Below are positions 9,825 to 18,907 of a stretch of 64,000 bases of DNA, one piece after another. The stretch's first letter is position 1; each line of letters opens with the position of its first letter. Below the pieces are notes generated by a model that worked only from the letters and a program-made list of their open reading frames with translations, was not told the DNA's origin and searched no databases. Origin of the DNA: Candidatus Dojkabacteria bacterium (GTDB lineage Bacteria > Patescibacteriota > Dojkabacteria > SC72); contig JAGPFQ010000001.1 of the NCBI GenBank assembly GCA_018056375.1, positions 247,361 to 311,360 of the forward strand. Direction: 5' to 3'. A program made the translations under genes and the position numbers.

Positions 9825-10574
9825 TTATCTAATCTTTTTAATAATTTCTTCCTGCTCATTTGTTGATATAAAAGGTGTTTGTATTCTAAGTTTCGCACCA
9901 GTACTAATATCTTTGTAAATCATATCCCCATTACCTAACAACTCTTCAGCACCATCTTCCTCTATAACCAACTCAGATTCTTCCTTTGTAGGTAGAAATC
10001 CTGTAAGTCTACTAGGTATCAAATCTTTTAAGTTTTTTGTAAAAACAGAATCCCTTGTAGCTGATGTAGAAAGTAACATGTATATACCAACATGCTTTCC
10101 GTTCTTGGCAATATTCTCTAGGAGTAAATCTATACCATTTCTAGAATGCATTAAGTTTGCAAACTCATCAATAATAACAACAATGGCTGGATGTTTGTAA
10201 GAAGATCTCTTTCTCTTCTCTATTTCTTCTACACACCAGTTTAATACTTCTAGTGTTGTATCTATAGAGGTAACAACAGGGAATAATAAGTGAGGTATAC
10301 CATCAAAGAATGGTAGATTAACCATTTTAGAATCTATCATTACAAACTTAACATCTTCAGATTTTTTAGTTAAAAGTGTTGTACATATGAAAGAATTAAG
10401 AAAAGCTGATTTACCAGAACTAGTACTACCAGAAATTAGAATATTTTTAATATCTACTAAGTCTTTTACGATAACATCACCTTTAGTATCCTTTCCTAAT
10501 ATAACAGGAAGAGTGTATTTATCTTCATTAAGGTCTTTAAGAATGTCTTTTAAGTAAATAATTTTGTTGTTCAC
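9825..10574 (-). CDS. Stand-alone FtsK/SpoIIIE-family ATPase (motor) domain protein, 249 aa, with no TM or gamma domain.
   Basis: LPVILGKDTKGDVIVKDL...ILISGSTSSGKSAFLNS matches the FtsK LPIALGKD...GTTGSGKS region. Walker B is VVIIDEFANL. The C-terminus LRIQTPFISTNEQEEIIKKI matches the FtsK end. Confidence 0.6.
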   Translation of the reverse strand: MNNKIIYLKDILKDLNEDKYTLPVILGKDTKGDVIVKDLVDIKNILISGSTSSGKSAFLNSFICTTLLTKKSEDVKFVMIDSKMVNLPFFDGIPHLLFPVVTSIDTTLEVLNWCVEEIEKRKRSSYKHPAIVVIIDEFANLMHSRNGIDLLLENIAKNGKHVGIYMLLSTSATRDSVFTKNLKDLIPSRLTGFLPTKEESELVIEEDGAEELLGNGDMIYKDISTGAKLRIQTPFISTNEQEEIIKKIR

Positions 10575-10661
10575 TTTAGTATTGTTAATAGTATTTTAAT
10601 TATTATAACAGAAGTATTGTATGTTTTATTTAGATTATCAGAAATGGTAGTATATATAGTT

Positions 10662-11945
10662 ATGAATAGAAATAAACAGATTAAAGTTATAGACTTATTC
10701 GCAGGTGTAGGAGGTTTCAGAGTTGCTTTCAATCAAGCAAATGAAACAATAGGAAAAAATGTTTACAAGGTTGTTTGGGGAAATCAATGGGAGCCAGAGA
10801 GAAAAGCACAATACGCAGCAGAAATATATGTTAGAGAGTTTGGTAAAGAAGATTTTGTAAATGAAGATATTGCTAAAGTAGAAACTAAGGATATTCCTAA
10901 TCATGACTTAATGGTTGGAGGTTTTCCTTGCCAAGATTACTCTGTAGCAACAACAAAAAAGCTTTCTGGTGGTATAGAAGGAAAGAAAGGTGTTTTGTGG
11001 TGGCAAATAGAAAGAATCATTCGAGAGAAGGCTGACAAAAAACCTGAATTCCTACTGTTTGAAAATGTCGACCGACTAATCAGTTCACCTGCAAAACAAC
11101 GAGGAAGAGATTTCGCAATAATGTTGGCTTGTCTAGATATGCTTGGATATATGGTGGAATGGAGAGTTATTGATGCAAGTGAATATGGTTATCCTCAAAG
11201 AAGAAAACGTATTTATTTTATGGGTTATCGTGATAATTCAAAAATCTATAAATCATATGATGGCAATTACCCTGCATGGATATTAGAAAAAGGTCTGTTC
11301 GCTAAGGGCTTTCCTGCAAAGATTAAAGGAAATTCGACATTTAACAGCATATCGCTTTACAAAGGAATTCGAAGTAGAAAATATTCTTCAATAATTAGAG
11401 ATATTAGTGACAAATTCAATAAAGGTGGAAAAGTATCTCCTTTTAAAAAAGCTGGATTAATATATAAGGGTGAAATACATACCATTGAAGTAGAAGCTGA
11501 CTACAAAGGGAAAAAGACTACGCTTGGCGATATTATTATCAAAGAAGAATCAAAGATTGATAAAGAATTTTTCATTCCTAAAGAAGAATATCCTAAATGG
11601 AAATATCTAAAAGGTGCAAAGAAAGAAAATAGAGTGCAAAAGTCGACAGGTTTTGTTTATCAATATTCTGAAGGTGCAATCACATATCCAGATGCCTTAG
11701 ACAAACCATCAAGGACAATTATCACTGCAGAAGGTGGAAAAGCACCATCAAGGTTTAAACATGTGATAAAAACAAAGTCCGGTAAATTACGTAGACTAAC
11801 TCCTGTTGAATTAGAGAGATTAGACATGTTCCCAGATAACCATACAGAGGGATATACACCACAAACTCGAGCATTTCTAATGGGCAATGCCCTCGTGGTA
11901 GGAGTAATAAAGAAGATTGCAGAAACACTATATGAGAAAATGTAA
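10662..11945 (+). CDS. DNA (cytosine-5)-methyltransferase. The start was moved to MNRNKQIKVIDLFAG.
   Basis: Motif I is DLFAGVGGF. Motif IV is GGFPCQDYS. Motif VI is LLFENV. Motif VIII is QRRKRIYF. Motif X is GNALVVGV. Confidence 0.85.
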   Translation: MNRNKQIKVIDLFAGVGGFRVAFNQANETIGKNVYKVVWGNQWEPERKAQYAAEIYVREFGKEDFVNEDIAKVETKDIPNHDLMVGGFPCQDYSVATTKKLSGGIEGKKGVLWWQIERIIREKADKKPEFLLFENVDRLISSPAKQRGRDFAIMLACLDMLGYMVEWRVIDASEYGYPQRRKRIYFMGYRDNSKIYKSYDGNYPAWILEKGLFAKGFPAKIKGNSTFNSISLYKGIRSRKYSSIIRDISDKFNKGGKVSPFKKAGLIYKGEIHTIEVEADYKGKKTTLGDIIIKEESKIDKEFFIPKEEYPKWKYLKGAKKENRVQKSTGFVYQYSEGAITYPDALDKPSRTIITAEGGKAPSRFKHVIKTKSGKLRRLTPVELERLDMFPDNHTEGYTPQTRAFLMGNALVVGVIKKIAETLYEKM

Positions 11946-13284
11946 ATACGGTCAGTATGACGAAAAATCTAAAGAATCAATATTAGAGTATGCCCTTCTC
12001 TTGTTAAACAAGTCATTATTTGACTTATATGCTGAAGAAATCGAGAAAGAAATAGTAAAACGAAAAGGTAAGGGTTCTCTAGGACAATTAGTTGAAGAAT
12101 TACATTTTAATTATGAACCCAATGAAAAACCAGTACCTGACTTCCCAGAAGCAAACTTAGAGTTAAAGACAACACCTTTAAAAATTGTTCGAGGTGAATA
12201 TGTTTCAAAAGAACGGCTTGTTTTAAACATGATAGATTATTTTAAGATTGTAGAAGAAACTTTTGATACTTCTTCATTCCTCAAGAAAAACTCTTCTCTG
12301 CTTTTAATGTTTTATCTCTTTGAGAAAGGTGAAATACATAAACAAATATTCAAACTTATTAAAATCTGGGACATTCCAAAAAATGATTATTTAGTTATAA
12401 AAGAAGATTGGGAAAAAATAGCCTCAATGGTAAGGGAAGGAAGAGCAGAAGAAATATCTGGAGGAGACACCTTTTATCTTGAAGCTGCAAGAAAAGGTGC
12501 TGGTAAAGGCAAAGATTTAACCAAACAACCCTACTCTGATGTTCTTGCAAATAGAAGAGCTTTTGCATTTAAAAGCAGGTATGTGAATGAGATAATAAAA
12601 GCTGATGGAAGTTTAGAGAGTGTACTAGATGAAGAATTTAACGAAAGTAAGAAGACTGTTGAACAGTATATTATAGATAAATTCAAACCATATCTTGGTA
12701 AATCTCTAGGTGAATTAGAGAAGATATTCAACCTTTCCTACTCAAAGAAAAAGAAGGATAAAACAGCTGCAATCTCTAAGGCTATTTTAGGTGTTTCTGA
12801 AGACAATAAAATTGCAGAATTTGAGAAAGCAAATATACAAATGAAAACTATACCTCTAAGTTTAAATGGTCGTGTCAAAGAGAGTATGTCTTTTAGTAGA
12901 ATTTATTATAAAAAGATAATAAATGAAAAATGGCTTGATTCTGACTTTTACAATAAAGTTGTAGATAGAAAATTCTTTTTTGTAATATTCAGAGATAATA
13001 AACAAGGAAACAGAATTTTGGAAAGAGTAATGTTTTGGAATATGCCTAGTCATACTAGAAAGATAGCAAAAGAATACTGGTTGGATATTAGAAGGAAAGT
13101 TAGAAACAATGATACTTCAAACTTCTGGAAAATCTCTGATAAAAAAGTATTCCATGTTAGACCAAAAGCGAGAAATGCTATGGATACAACGACTCTTAGA
13201 GATGGAACAGAAGCCCCAAAGTTAGCATACTGGATTAATGCTAAATATATAGAATCAGTAATCGAGGGACAAGAAATAGGATAA
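11917..13284 (+). CDS. MutH/Sau3AI-family type II restriction endonuclease, probably GATC-type. It forms an R-M pair with the adjacent C5-methyltransferase.
   Basis: GSLGQLVEEL...PDFPEANLELKTTPL matches the MutH region G.LGELA...PEQDFAALGVELKTIP. The size and the C5-methyltransferase partner fit the Sau3AI arrangement. The start overlaps the methyltransferase 3' end. Confidence 0.55.
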   Translation: MQKHYMRKCKYGQYDEKSKESILEYALLLLNKSLFDLYAEEIEKEIVKRKGKGSLGQLVEELHFNYEPNEKPVPDFPEANLELKTTPLKIVRGEYVSKERLVLNMIDYFKIVEETFDTSSFLKKNSSLLLMFYLFEKGEIHKQIFKLIKIWDIPKNDYLVIKEDWEKIASMVREGRAEEISGGDTFYLEAARKGAGKGKDLTKQPYSDVLANRRAFAFKSRYVNEIIKADGSLESVLDEEFNESKKTVEQYIIDKFKPYLGKSLGELEKIFNLSYSKKKKDKTAAISKAILGVSEDNKIAEFEKANIQMKTIPLSLNGRVKESMSFSRIYYKKIINEKWLDSDFYNKVVDRKFFFVIFRDNKQGNRILERVMFWNMPSHTRKIAKEYWLDIRRKVRNNDTSNFWKISDKKVFHVRPKARNAMDTTTLRDGTEAPKLAYWINAKYIESVIEGQEIG

Positions 13285-13294
13285 ACAATAAAAG

Positions 13295-13368
13295 TGAGGT
13301 GCCTGGGACTCGAACCCAGCACCAACTGCTTAAAAGGCAGTTGCTCTAACCTGATGAGCTAGCACCCC
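13295..13368 (-). tRNA. tRNA-Lys(UUU).
   Basis: Cloverleaf folded by hand. Acceptor is GGGGTGC/GCACCTC. Anticodon loop is CTTTTAA. T-loop is TTCGAGT. No encoded CCA. Confidence 0.85.
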
Positions 13369-13397
13369 ATACTAAAACATGCCATTATACTACCTTC

Positions 13398-14036
13398 CTA
13401 GTACAGATTACAAGGTTTAAAACTCTTTCTATGTATCTCACATATACCATATTCCTTAATACTCTCCAAATGTTCCTTAGTACCATAACCAGCATTTCTC
13501 TCAAAACCATATACAGGATACTGTTTAGAATACTCCTCCATTATTCTATCTCTAGTCACTTTTGCTAATACTGATGCTGCTGCAATACTGTAATGAAGAG
13601 TATCACCTCTATCAATAATTTCCATATCACAGCCTTTAATTGGATAAACAGCACCATCAGAGATAATATAGTCAATTTTTTCTTTCAACTTCTTTTCTAT
13701 CTCCTCAATAACCTTCTTCATGCCATTCCTAACAGCATACTTAATTCCAACCCTATCTATCTCCTTAGAACTAATGATACCGATACCGTATGATAAGGAT
13801 TTCTCTTTAATTAATTCAAATGTTTCCTCTCTCTTCTTCTTTGTCATCTTCTTACTATCCCTAACACTATCAACAACATCATCATGGTTTACAATGACAA
13901 CACCTGCTACTACAACAGGACCTGCTAGTGGACCTCTACCAGCTTCATCAATACCAACTACATATTCAAATCCCTTAGACCATAACTCTTCTTCTTTTTT
14001 TGTATCTGGATATATCATAGAGATATATGTTAACAT
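13398..14036 (-). CDS. rnhB: Ribonuclease HII.
   Basis: VGIDEAGRGPLAGPVVVAGV and the DxxxxSK region are present. Typical length. Confidence 0.85.
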   Translation of the reverse strand: MLTYISMIYPDTKKEEELWSKGFEYVVGIDEAGRGPLAGPVVVAGVVIVNHDDVVDSVRDSKKMTKKKREETFELIKEKSLSYGIGIISSKEIDRVGIKYAVRNGMKKVIEEIEKKLKEKIDYIISDGAVYPIKGCDMEIIDRGDTLHYSIAAASVLAKVTRDRIMEEYSKQYPVYGFERNAGYGTKEHLESIKEYGICEIHRKSFKPCNLY

Positions 14037-14042
14037 ATATAT

Positions 14043-14324
14043 ATGGGTAAGATAAAAACATTCTTAACAATCCTGATTTTAATTGTAATGACAAGCTCAC
14101 CTATTAAGTACACATATGCACAGGAAGAAGCTAAACCTTCTCAAGAAGAAACAATTGAAAGTGTAGAGGAAGAAGAAACTCAAAAAGAAGACAAAGAAAC
14201 AGAAAAGAAGGAAGAAGAAGTAGGAGTAACTCCTCATCCCTTTGGAACAGTTCTTCTAGCTATACTCATCCCTGCTTTTCTAATAATAATTGCATACCTC
14301 ATATTTAAGTTTGTTAAGTTTTAA
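14043..14324 (+). CDS. Small protein with an N-terminal signal or TM segment, an acidic middle and a C-terminal TM anchor.
   Basis: Hydropathy and composition only. Confidence 0.3.
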   Translation: MGKIKTFLTILILIVMTSSPIKYTYAQEEAKPSQEETIESVEEEETQKEDKETEKKEEEVGVTPHPFGTVLLAILIPAFLIIIAYLIFKFVKF

Positions 14325-14349
14325 TATTTAAATTTTTAATTAATTAACT

Positions 14350-14727
14350 ATGTCAGACAAAAAACAAAATGTAGCAGGAAAAGTAGCTGCAGGAGTTGCA
14401 CTCGGAGCATTAGCAGGAGCAGCAGCAGGTGTTCTTTTAGCACCAAAATCTGGGAAAGAAACCAGAGAGGATATTAAGAAGTTTGCAAAGAAAACAAAGG
14501 AACAAGGAGAAGCTCTTTTGAAGAAAGCAAAGAAAGAAGTTGCTAAGAAGATAGAGAATGTTAAAAAAGCTGGAAAAAGTATTAATGCTGAGGATTACAA
14601 GAAGATAGTTGCAGAGATTGTTGATAGCTTTAAAGAGAGTGGAGAAGCAACAGGAGAAGCTGCTAAGAAGCTAGGAGAGCAGTTAAAAGAAGACTGGAAT
14701 GATGTAAAGAAACAGACAGCTGCTTAG
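14350..14727 (+). CDS. YtxH-domain protein.
   Basis: GVALGALAGAAAGVLLAPKSGKETREDI is the YtxH signature. Confidence 0.55.
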   Translation: MSDKKQNVAGKVAAGVALGALAGAAAGVLLAPKSGKETREDIKKFAKKTKEQGEALLKKAKKEVAKKIENVKKAGKSINAEDYKKIVAEIVDSFKESGEATGEAAKKLGEQLKEDWNDVKKQTAA

Positions 14728-14792
14728 TTTCTGTAGATAGAAATAAGGAAGGGAGTAGAAATACTCCCTTTTTCTTAGTAGAATACCTATAT

Positions 14793-14865
14793 GCGAGAGT
14801 AGTTCAGTTGGTAGAATGTCTCCTTCCCAAGGAGAAGGTCGCGGGTTCGAATCCCGTCTCTCGCT
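14793..14865 (+). tRNA. tRNA-Gly(CCC).
   Basis: Acceptor is GCGAGAG/CTCTCGC. Anticodon loop is TTCCCAA. Discriminator is U. T-loop is TTCGAAT. Confidence 0.85.
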
Positions 14866-14880
14866 TTTGTAAAAATGAAC

Positions 14881-15462
14881 TTATGAAGTATATTTATTAT
14901 ATTCCCCCTTATACCTCTCCAAACTCTCCTTAACATTAATCCAATATCTACATAATATCTCTCCCTCTTCATATATATTAGGTACCTTGTTCTCCAATTC
15001 CCCACCCAATGCTTCTATGGTCTTCCAAGAAGCTGGATTCCTTTCATCTGCAGATAACAAGACTTTTTCTAGATTTAATTCTTTACACTTCTGTAGAACT
15101 AAATAGAGAAGTATCTTACTATATCCTTTTCCTCTCTCTGTTGGTCTAATACCGTAACCAATATTTCCAGCATATTTTAAAAGAAAGTCTGTTAATATGT
15201 AACGTAAATTTACCATACCAATTATCTTGTCATCATCCTCTCTAATGAAGAAATATGTGTAAGCCGGTGCTCTATCTGGAGGACAGGTATTTGGATCTTC
15301 CTCTAATATTATCTTTTTTAACCAAGCTTCATAATCAGTAAACCCTTTATCCAAACCACCACTACCGTTGATATTTGACTTAGCATCATTATGTTCGGTG
15401 ATATAGTCAATAGCTTCTTGTTTTCTTTCTAAAGTGGGAAGTTCTAGATAGAATGTTTCCAT
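14881..15462 (-). CDS. GNAT-family N-acetyltransferase.
   Basis: GYGIRPTERGKGYSKILL is an acetyl-CoA binding motif of the Q/RxxGxG/A type. Confidence 0.7.
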   Translation of the reverse strand: METFYLELPTLERKQEAIDYITEHNDAKSNINGSGGLDKGFTDYEAWLKKIILEEDPNTCPPDRAPAYTYFFIREDDDKIIGMVNLRYILTDFLLKYAGNIGYGIRPTERGKGYSKILLYLVLQKCKELNLEKVLLSADERNPASWKTIEALGGELENKVPNIYEEGEILCRYWINVKESLERYKGEYNKYTS

Positions 15463-15468
15463 AAACTT

Positions 15469-15993
15469 CTATTCCTTATTACACAAATCTATCTCTAACT
15501 TAACCTGACAATCTTTATCTAACTGTCTATACTTCACACCACATTCATCAAACAATCTCTTTGATGCAATAACAGAGTCTGTATTAGCATATTTATCTGA
15601 TAGATATATTACCTCTTTAATTCCTACTTGAACTATCCCCTTTGCACATTCATTACATGGGAAAAGGTCTACATATAGTCTTGCTCCTTCCATATCCTTG
15701 TTACTACCCCTGTAATTTAACATTGCATTTCTCTCAGCATGTACAACATATGGATATTTAGTTTCTAAATATTCACCTTCTCTATCCCAAGGAAAACTCT
15801 CATCTTCCCAACTATTAGGTGCTCCATTGTAACCTATTGAAAGTATTCTGTTATCACTACCTACTATACATGCACCAACCTGAGTACTAGGATCTTTACT
15901 TCTCATAGCAGAGAGTTTAGCTATAGCCATGAAGTAAACATCCCAACTAATTCTGTCTTTTCTTTCTAGATTGTATTTTTTTGTTTTTGACAT
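15469..15993 (-). CDS. dCMP deaminase of the cytidine/deoxycytidylate deaminase family.
   Basis: HAERNAM and PCNECAK zinc-binding motifs. Confidence 0.75.
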   Translation of the reverse strand: MSKTKKYNLERKDRISWDVYFMAIAKLSAMRSKDPSTQVGACIVGSDNRILSIGYNGAPNSWEDESFPWDREGEYLETKYPYVVHAERNAMLNYRGSNKDMEGARLYVDLFPCNECAKGIVQVGIKEVIYLSDKYANTDSVIASKRLFDECGVKYRQLDKDCQVKLEIDLCNKE

Positions 15994-16068
15994 ACCTCAT
16001 TATATCAAAAATATCCAACTTGAACATTGCATACACATCTCCCATTTGTTACAATTCATGTTACAAAT

Positions 16069-16141
16069 GCTGGTATAGCTCAGTTGGTAGAGCATTCCCT
16101 TCGTAAGGGACAGGTCGATGGTTCGAGACCATCTACCAGCT
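16069..16141 (+). tRNA. tRNA-Thr(CGU).
   Basis: Acceptor is GCTGGTA/TACCAGC. Anticodon loop is TTCGTAA. T-loop is TTCGAGA. Confidence 0.85.
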
Positions 16142-16155
16142 TCTGTTTTACAATT

Positions 16156-17238
16156 ATGAAAACACCAAAATATACACTAACAAACCTAATGCTAGACTAC
16201 ATAGTTAAATATGAACTAGCTATCAAAGATATTAAATACAATCCTCTTCCTGAGAAATACAAGAGTATTATAGAAGAGAAATATGCAACTGAAGACATTA
16301 TGAAAATGAGTAGCTTAGTTGCTTCCCCAATTGGTTACAACAAAGCATTGATAATACAAAGAGGACAAGAAACACCTTCTGAAAGAAAGAAGTTAAAGAT
16401 ATTTACAAACTTTAGAAATGCTAAAGATTTTCTAAGGTCATACAACAATAGATCATCCTTGAAACCATCAATTGAATTAGCTATGCACTTAAACAGATTA
16501 ATACTTAAAGATGTTGTAGATGATTGGGATGTAGGGAAGTTAAGAGGTTTCTCTGAAAAGCCAAATGAGATATATGATACATGGTACAAAAATAGAGACT
16601 TCTATCCTAATCTTGATATAACAGCACATTTCAATGAACTCTTTGATTGGATACAGAATGCTTCTGATAACAATCATAAATTGATTAAAATAGGAGTAAT
16701 GATATATGAGTTTCTAGATAAAGCTCCTTTTACAGCAGGAAATCAAATTACAGCAATACTAGTAGCTGAGATTCTTGCAAAGAAATATGATTACAATCCA
16801 GATAATATATTCCCTTACTTTAAATCCATAGAATATATCTCAGAGGACTTACTAGCTGCACATAAAATGACAAAACCAAAACTAGACCTTACTCCTTTTC
16901 TTGAAGCATTTCTGTATACAATCTCTCTTACATCTCTAGAAGTATCAAAAGAATTTAAAGATACATATACTCAAAAGGTTAAGAAACAAGGGTCATTAGA
17001 ACTATACCTAACTCCAAGACAGATACAGATTTTAGATTTTCTTTCACTTAATCAGAAAGTAAATAGAAGTCAATTAGTAGACCTTCTAGGTGTTTCCTTT
17101 ATGACTTGTTTTAGAGATGTGAAAGATATGATTGAAAAGGGATATCTAACACAAAAAGGTAAAGGTAAAGCAACATTCTATACATTAAGTAAGAAGATGT
17201 TAGAGAAGGAAGATAGAATGGCACCGATAATTGAATAG
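16156..17238 (+). CDS. Fic/DOC-family protein with a degenerate Fic motif and a C-terminal winged-helix domain. The start was moved downstream of tRNA-Thr.
   Basis: APFTAGNQITAILVAEIL aligns to the Fic motif HPFxxGNGRxxR with His replaced by Ala and GR replaced by QI. The C-terminus LTPRQIQILDFLSLNQKVNRSQLVDLLGVS looks like an HTH. Confidence 0.45.
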   Translation: MKTPKYTLTNLMLDYIVKYELAIKDIKYNPLPEKYKSIIEEKYATEDIMKMSSLVASPIGYNKALIIQRGQETPSERKKLKIFTNFRNAKDFLRSYNNRSSLKPSIELAMHLNRLILKDVVDDWDVGKLRGFSEKPNEIYDTWYKNRDFYPNLDITAHFNELFDWIQNASDNNHKLIKIGVMIYEFLDKAPFTAGNQITAILVAEILAKKYDYNPDNIFPYFKSIEYISEDLLAAHKMTKPKLDLTPFLEAFLYTISLTSLEVSKEFKDTYTQKVKKQGSLELYLTPRQIQILDFLSLNQKVNRSQLVDLLGVSFMTCFRDVKDMIEKGYLTQKGKGKATFYTLSKKMLEKEDRMAPIIE

Positions 17239-17265
17239 TTTAGAAAAAACTGGTAGTATTTCCAC

Positions 17266-18768
17266 ATGGCAAATTTAGATAAATATGATGTAATCATTGG
17301 TTTAGAGATACATGTACAGACTAAAACTAAGTCTAAGATGTTCTGTTCATGTCCTGCTGAATACTTTCAGAAAGAACCAAATACACAAGTATGTCCGATG
17401 TGTTTAGGACTTGGTGGTACTCCTGAACCAAATCAAAGAGCTTTAGAGCTCTGTATCCTCATGGGTTTAGGAACTAATTGTAAGATTGCTTCTGAGATAC
17501 AGTTTGATCGAAAGCATTACACCTACCCTGACCTACCTAAAGGATATCAAATTACACAAGGAGAGAATCCTTTGTGTTCAAATGGATATGTAGAAGTACC
17601 TAGTGGTGCAAAAGTTGAGATAGAGAGAATACATCCAGAAGAAGATGTTGGTAAATCTACACATCATGTAGAAGCTTCTACTGGTAAAACATATATGTTA
17701 GTAGATTTCAACAAATCAAGTGTTCCATTAATGGAGATTGTTACAAAACCAAATATTAGAAGTGCTAAAGATGCTAAAGATTATGCTACTAAGATTAGAC
17801 AGATTGCTAGATATCTAAATGTCTCAGATGCAGATATGGAGAAAGGACAGATGAGATGTGAACCAAATATCTCAATCCAAGAGAAAGGTAAATGGGAATA
17901 CAAAGATGGAAAGATATTACCAATTGGTGATTACAAGCTAAATCCTAAAACAGAAGTAAAAAATATTGGTTCAATTACAGCAGTAGAGAAAGCAATTGAG
18001 TATGAAGTAAAGAGAATGATAGAGGAGTTAGAAGAAGGTAAAGAATTGAAACAACAAACAAGAGGTTGGAATGCCTCTAGAGGTGTTACAGAGTTCCAAA
18101 GAAGTAAAGAAAAAGCTGAAGACTATCGATATATGCCAGATCCAGATATTCCAATAATTGATGTATCTAAGGAAGATATTGAAAGAATCAAGAAAGAGTT
18201 AGTTGAATTGCCAAATGAGAAGATAAAAAGGTATGTAAAAGATTGGAAACTAACAGAGTATGCTGCTGATGTCATCTCTTCATCAAAAGAGAGTGCTGAA
18301 TACTTTGAGAAGCTCCAAAAGAAACTCTCAGATCATATGGATGACAAAGATGCAGCAACTGAGGCTTCAAACTGGATTATGGGTCCACTATATGCAATAG
18401 CAAACAAGAAAGGTTCTGATATTACAGAAACAGGTGTTAAAGGAGATGATTTAGCTTTGCTAATCGTTGCTTTTAGAGAAGGTATATTTACAAAGAACAA
18501 AGCTGAAGAATTACTTAATGAGAGTATAGAGAAGGATATTGATATATCAAAAGAGATTGAGAAACTTAAAAGTGCTAAGGAGTCTGTTGGAAATCTAGAA
18601 GATATTGCAAAGCAAGTTATTAATGAAAATCCACAAGCCGCTAACGATTACAGAGGTGGTAAGGAAGCTAGTATTGGTTTTCTTGTTGGTAAGGTTATGC
18701 AATTAACACATGGTACAGCTAATCCAGCAGAGGTAAAGATTACTTTAGAGAAAGAATTAAAGAAATGA
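17266..18768 (+). CDS. gatB: Asp/Glu-tRNA(Asn/Gln) amidotransferase subunit B.
   Basis: DVIIGLEIHVQTKTKSKMFCSCPAE...CPMCLGLGG and a C-terminal GatB/YqeY domain. Confidence 0.9.
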   Translation: MANLDKYDVIIGLEIHVQTKTKSKMFCSCPAEYFQKEPNTQVCPMCLGLGGTPEPNQRALELCILMGLGTNCKIASEIQFDRKHYTYPDLPKGYQITQGENPLCSNGYVEVPSGAKVEIERIHPEEDVGKSTHHVEASTGKTYMLVDFNKSSVPLMEIVTKPNIRSAKDAKDYATKIRQIARYLNVSDADMEKGQMRCEPNISIQEKGKWEYKDGKILPIGDYKLNPKTEVKNIGSITAVEKAIEYEVKRMIEELEEGKELKQQTRGWNASRGVTEFQRSKEKAEDYRYMPDPDIPIIDVSKEDIERIKKELVELPNEKIKRYVKDWKLTEYAADVISSSKESAEYFEKLQKKLSDHMDDKDAATEASNWIMGPLYAIANKKGSDITETGVKGDDLALLIVAFREGIFTKNKAEELLNESIEKDIDISKEIEKLKSAKESVGNLEDIAKQVINENPQAANDYRGGKEASIGFLVGKVMQLTHGTANPAEVKITLEKELKK

Positions 18769-18907
18769 AAAAACATATTAAATTAAAAGATGTTAGAAAA
18801 GATATACCTGGTAAATGTATGACACAGGAAGAAGTACTAAAGAGTGCTGAGTATACGGAGAATAGACATGTTAAAGTGTATTGGACTGGAGGTGTTGGAG
18901 GAGAGAG

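Noticed and set aside
10617-13368. Possible mobile genomic island carrying the R-M system next to tRNA-Lys.
   Set aside because: No integrase, transposase, direct repeats of the tRNA 3' end or other mobility gene was found. Only the R-M adjacency to a tRNA supports it. It was not called a mobile element.
14787-15005. 72-aa minus-strand ORF.
   Set aside because: It overlaps the well-formed tRNA-Gly(CCC) gene and the 3' end of the GNAT gene. It is spurious.
16027-16155. N-terminal extension of the Fic-like ORF starting at 16027.
   Set aside because: This stretch overlaps tRNA-Thr(CGU). The translation is tRNA-derived. The start was moved to the Met at 16156.
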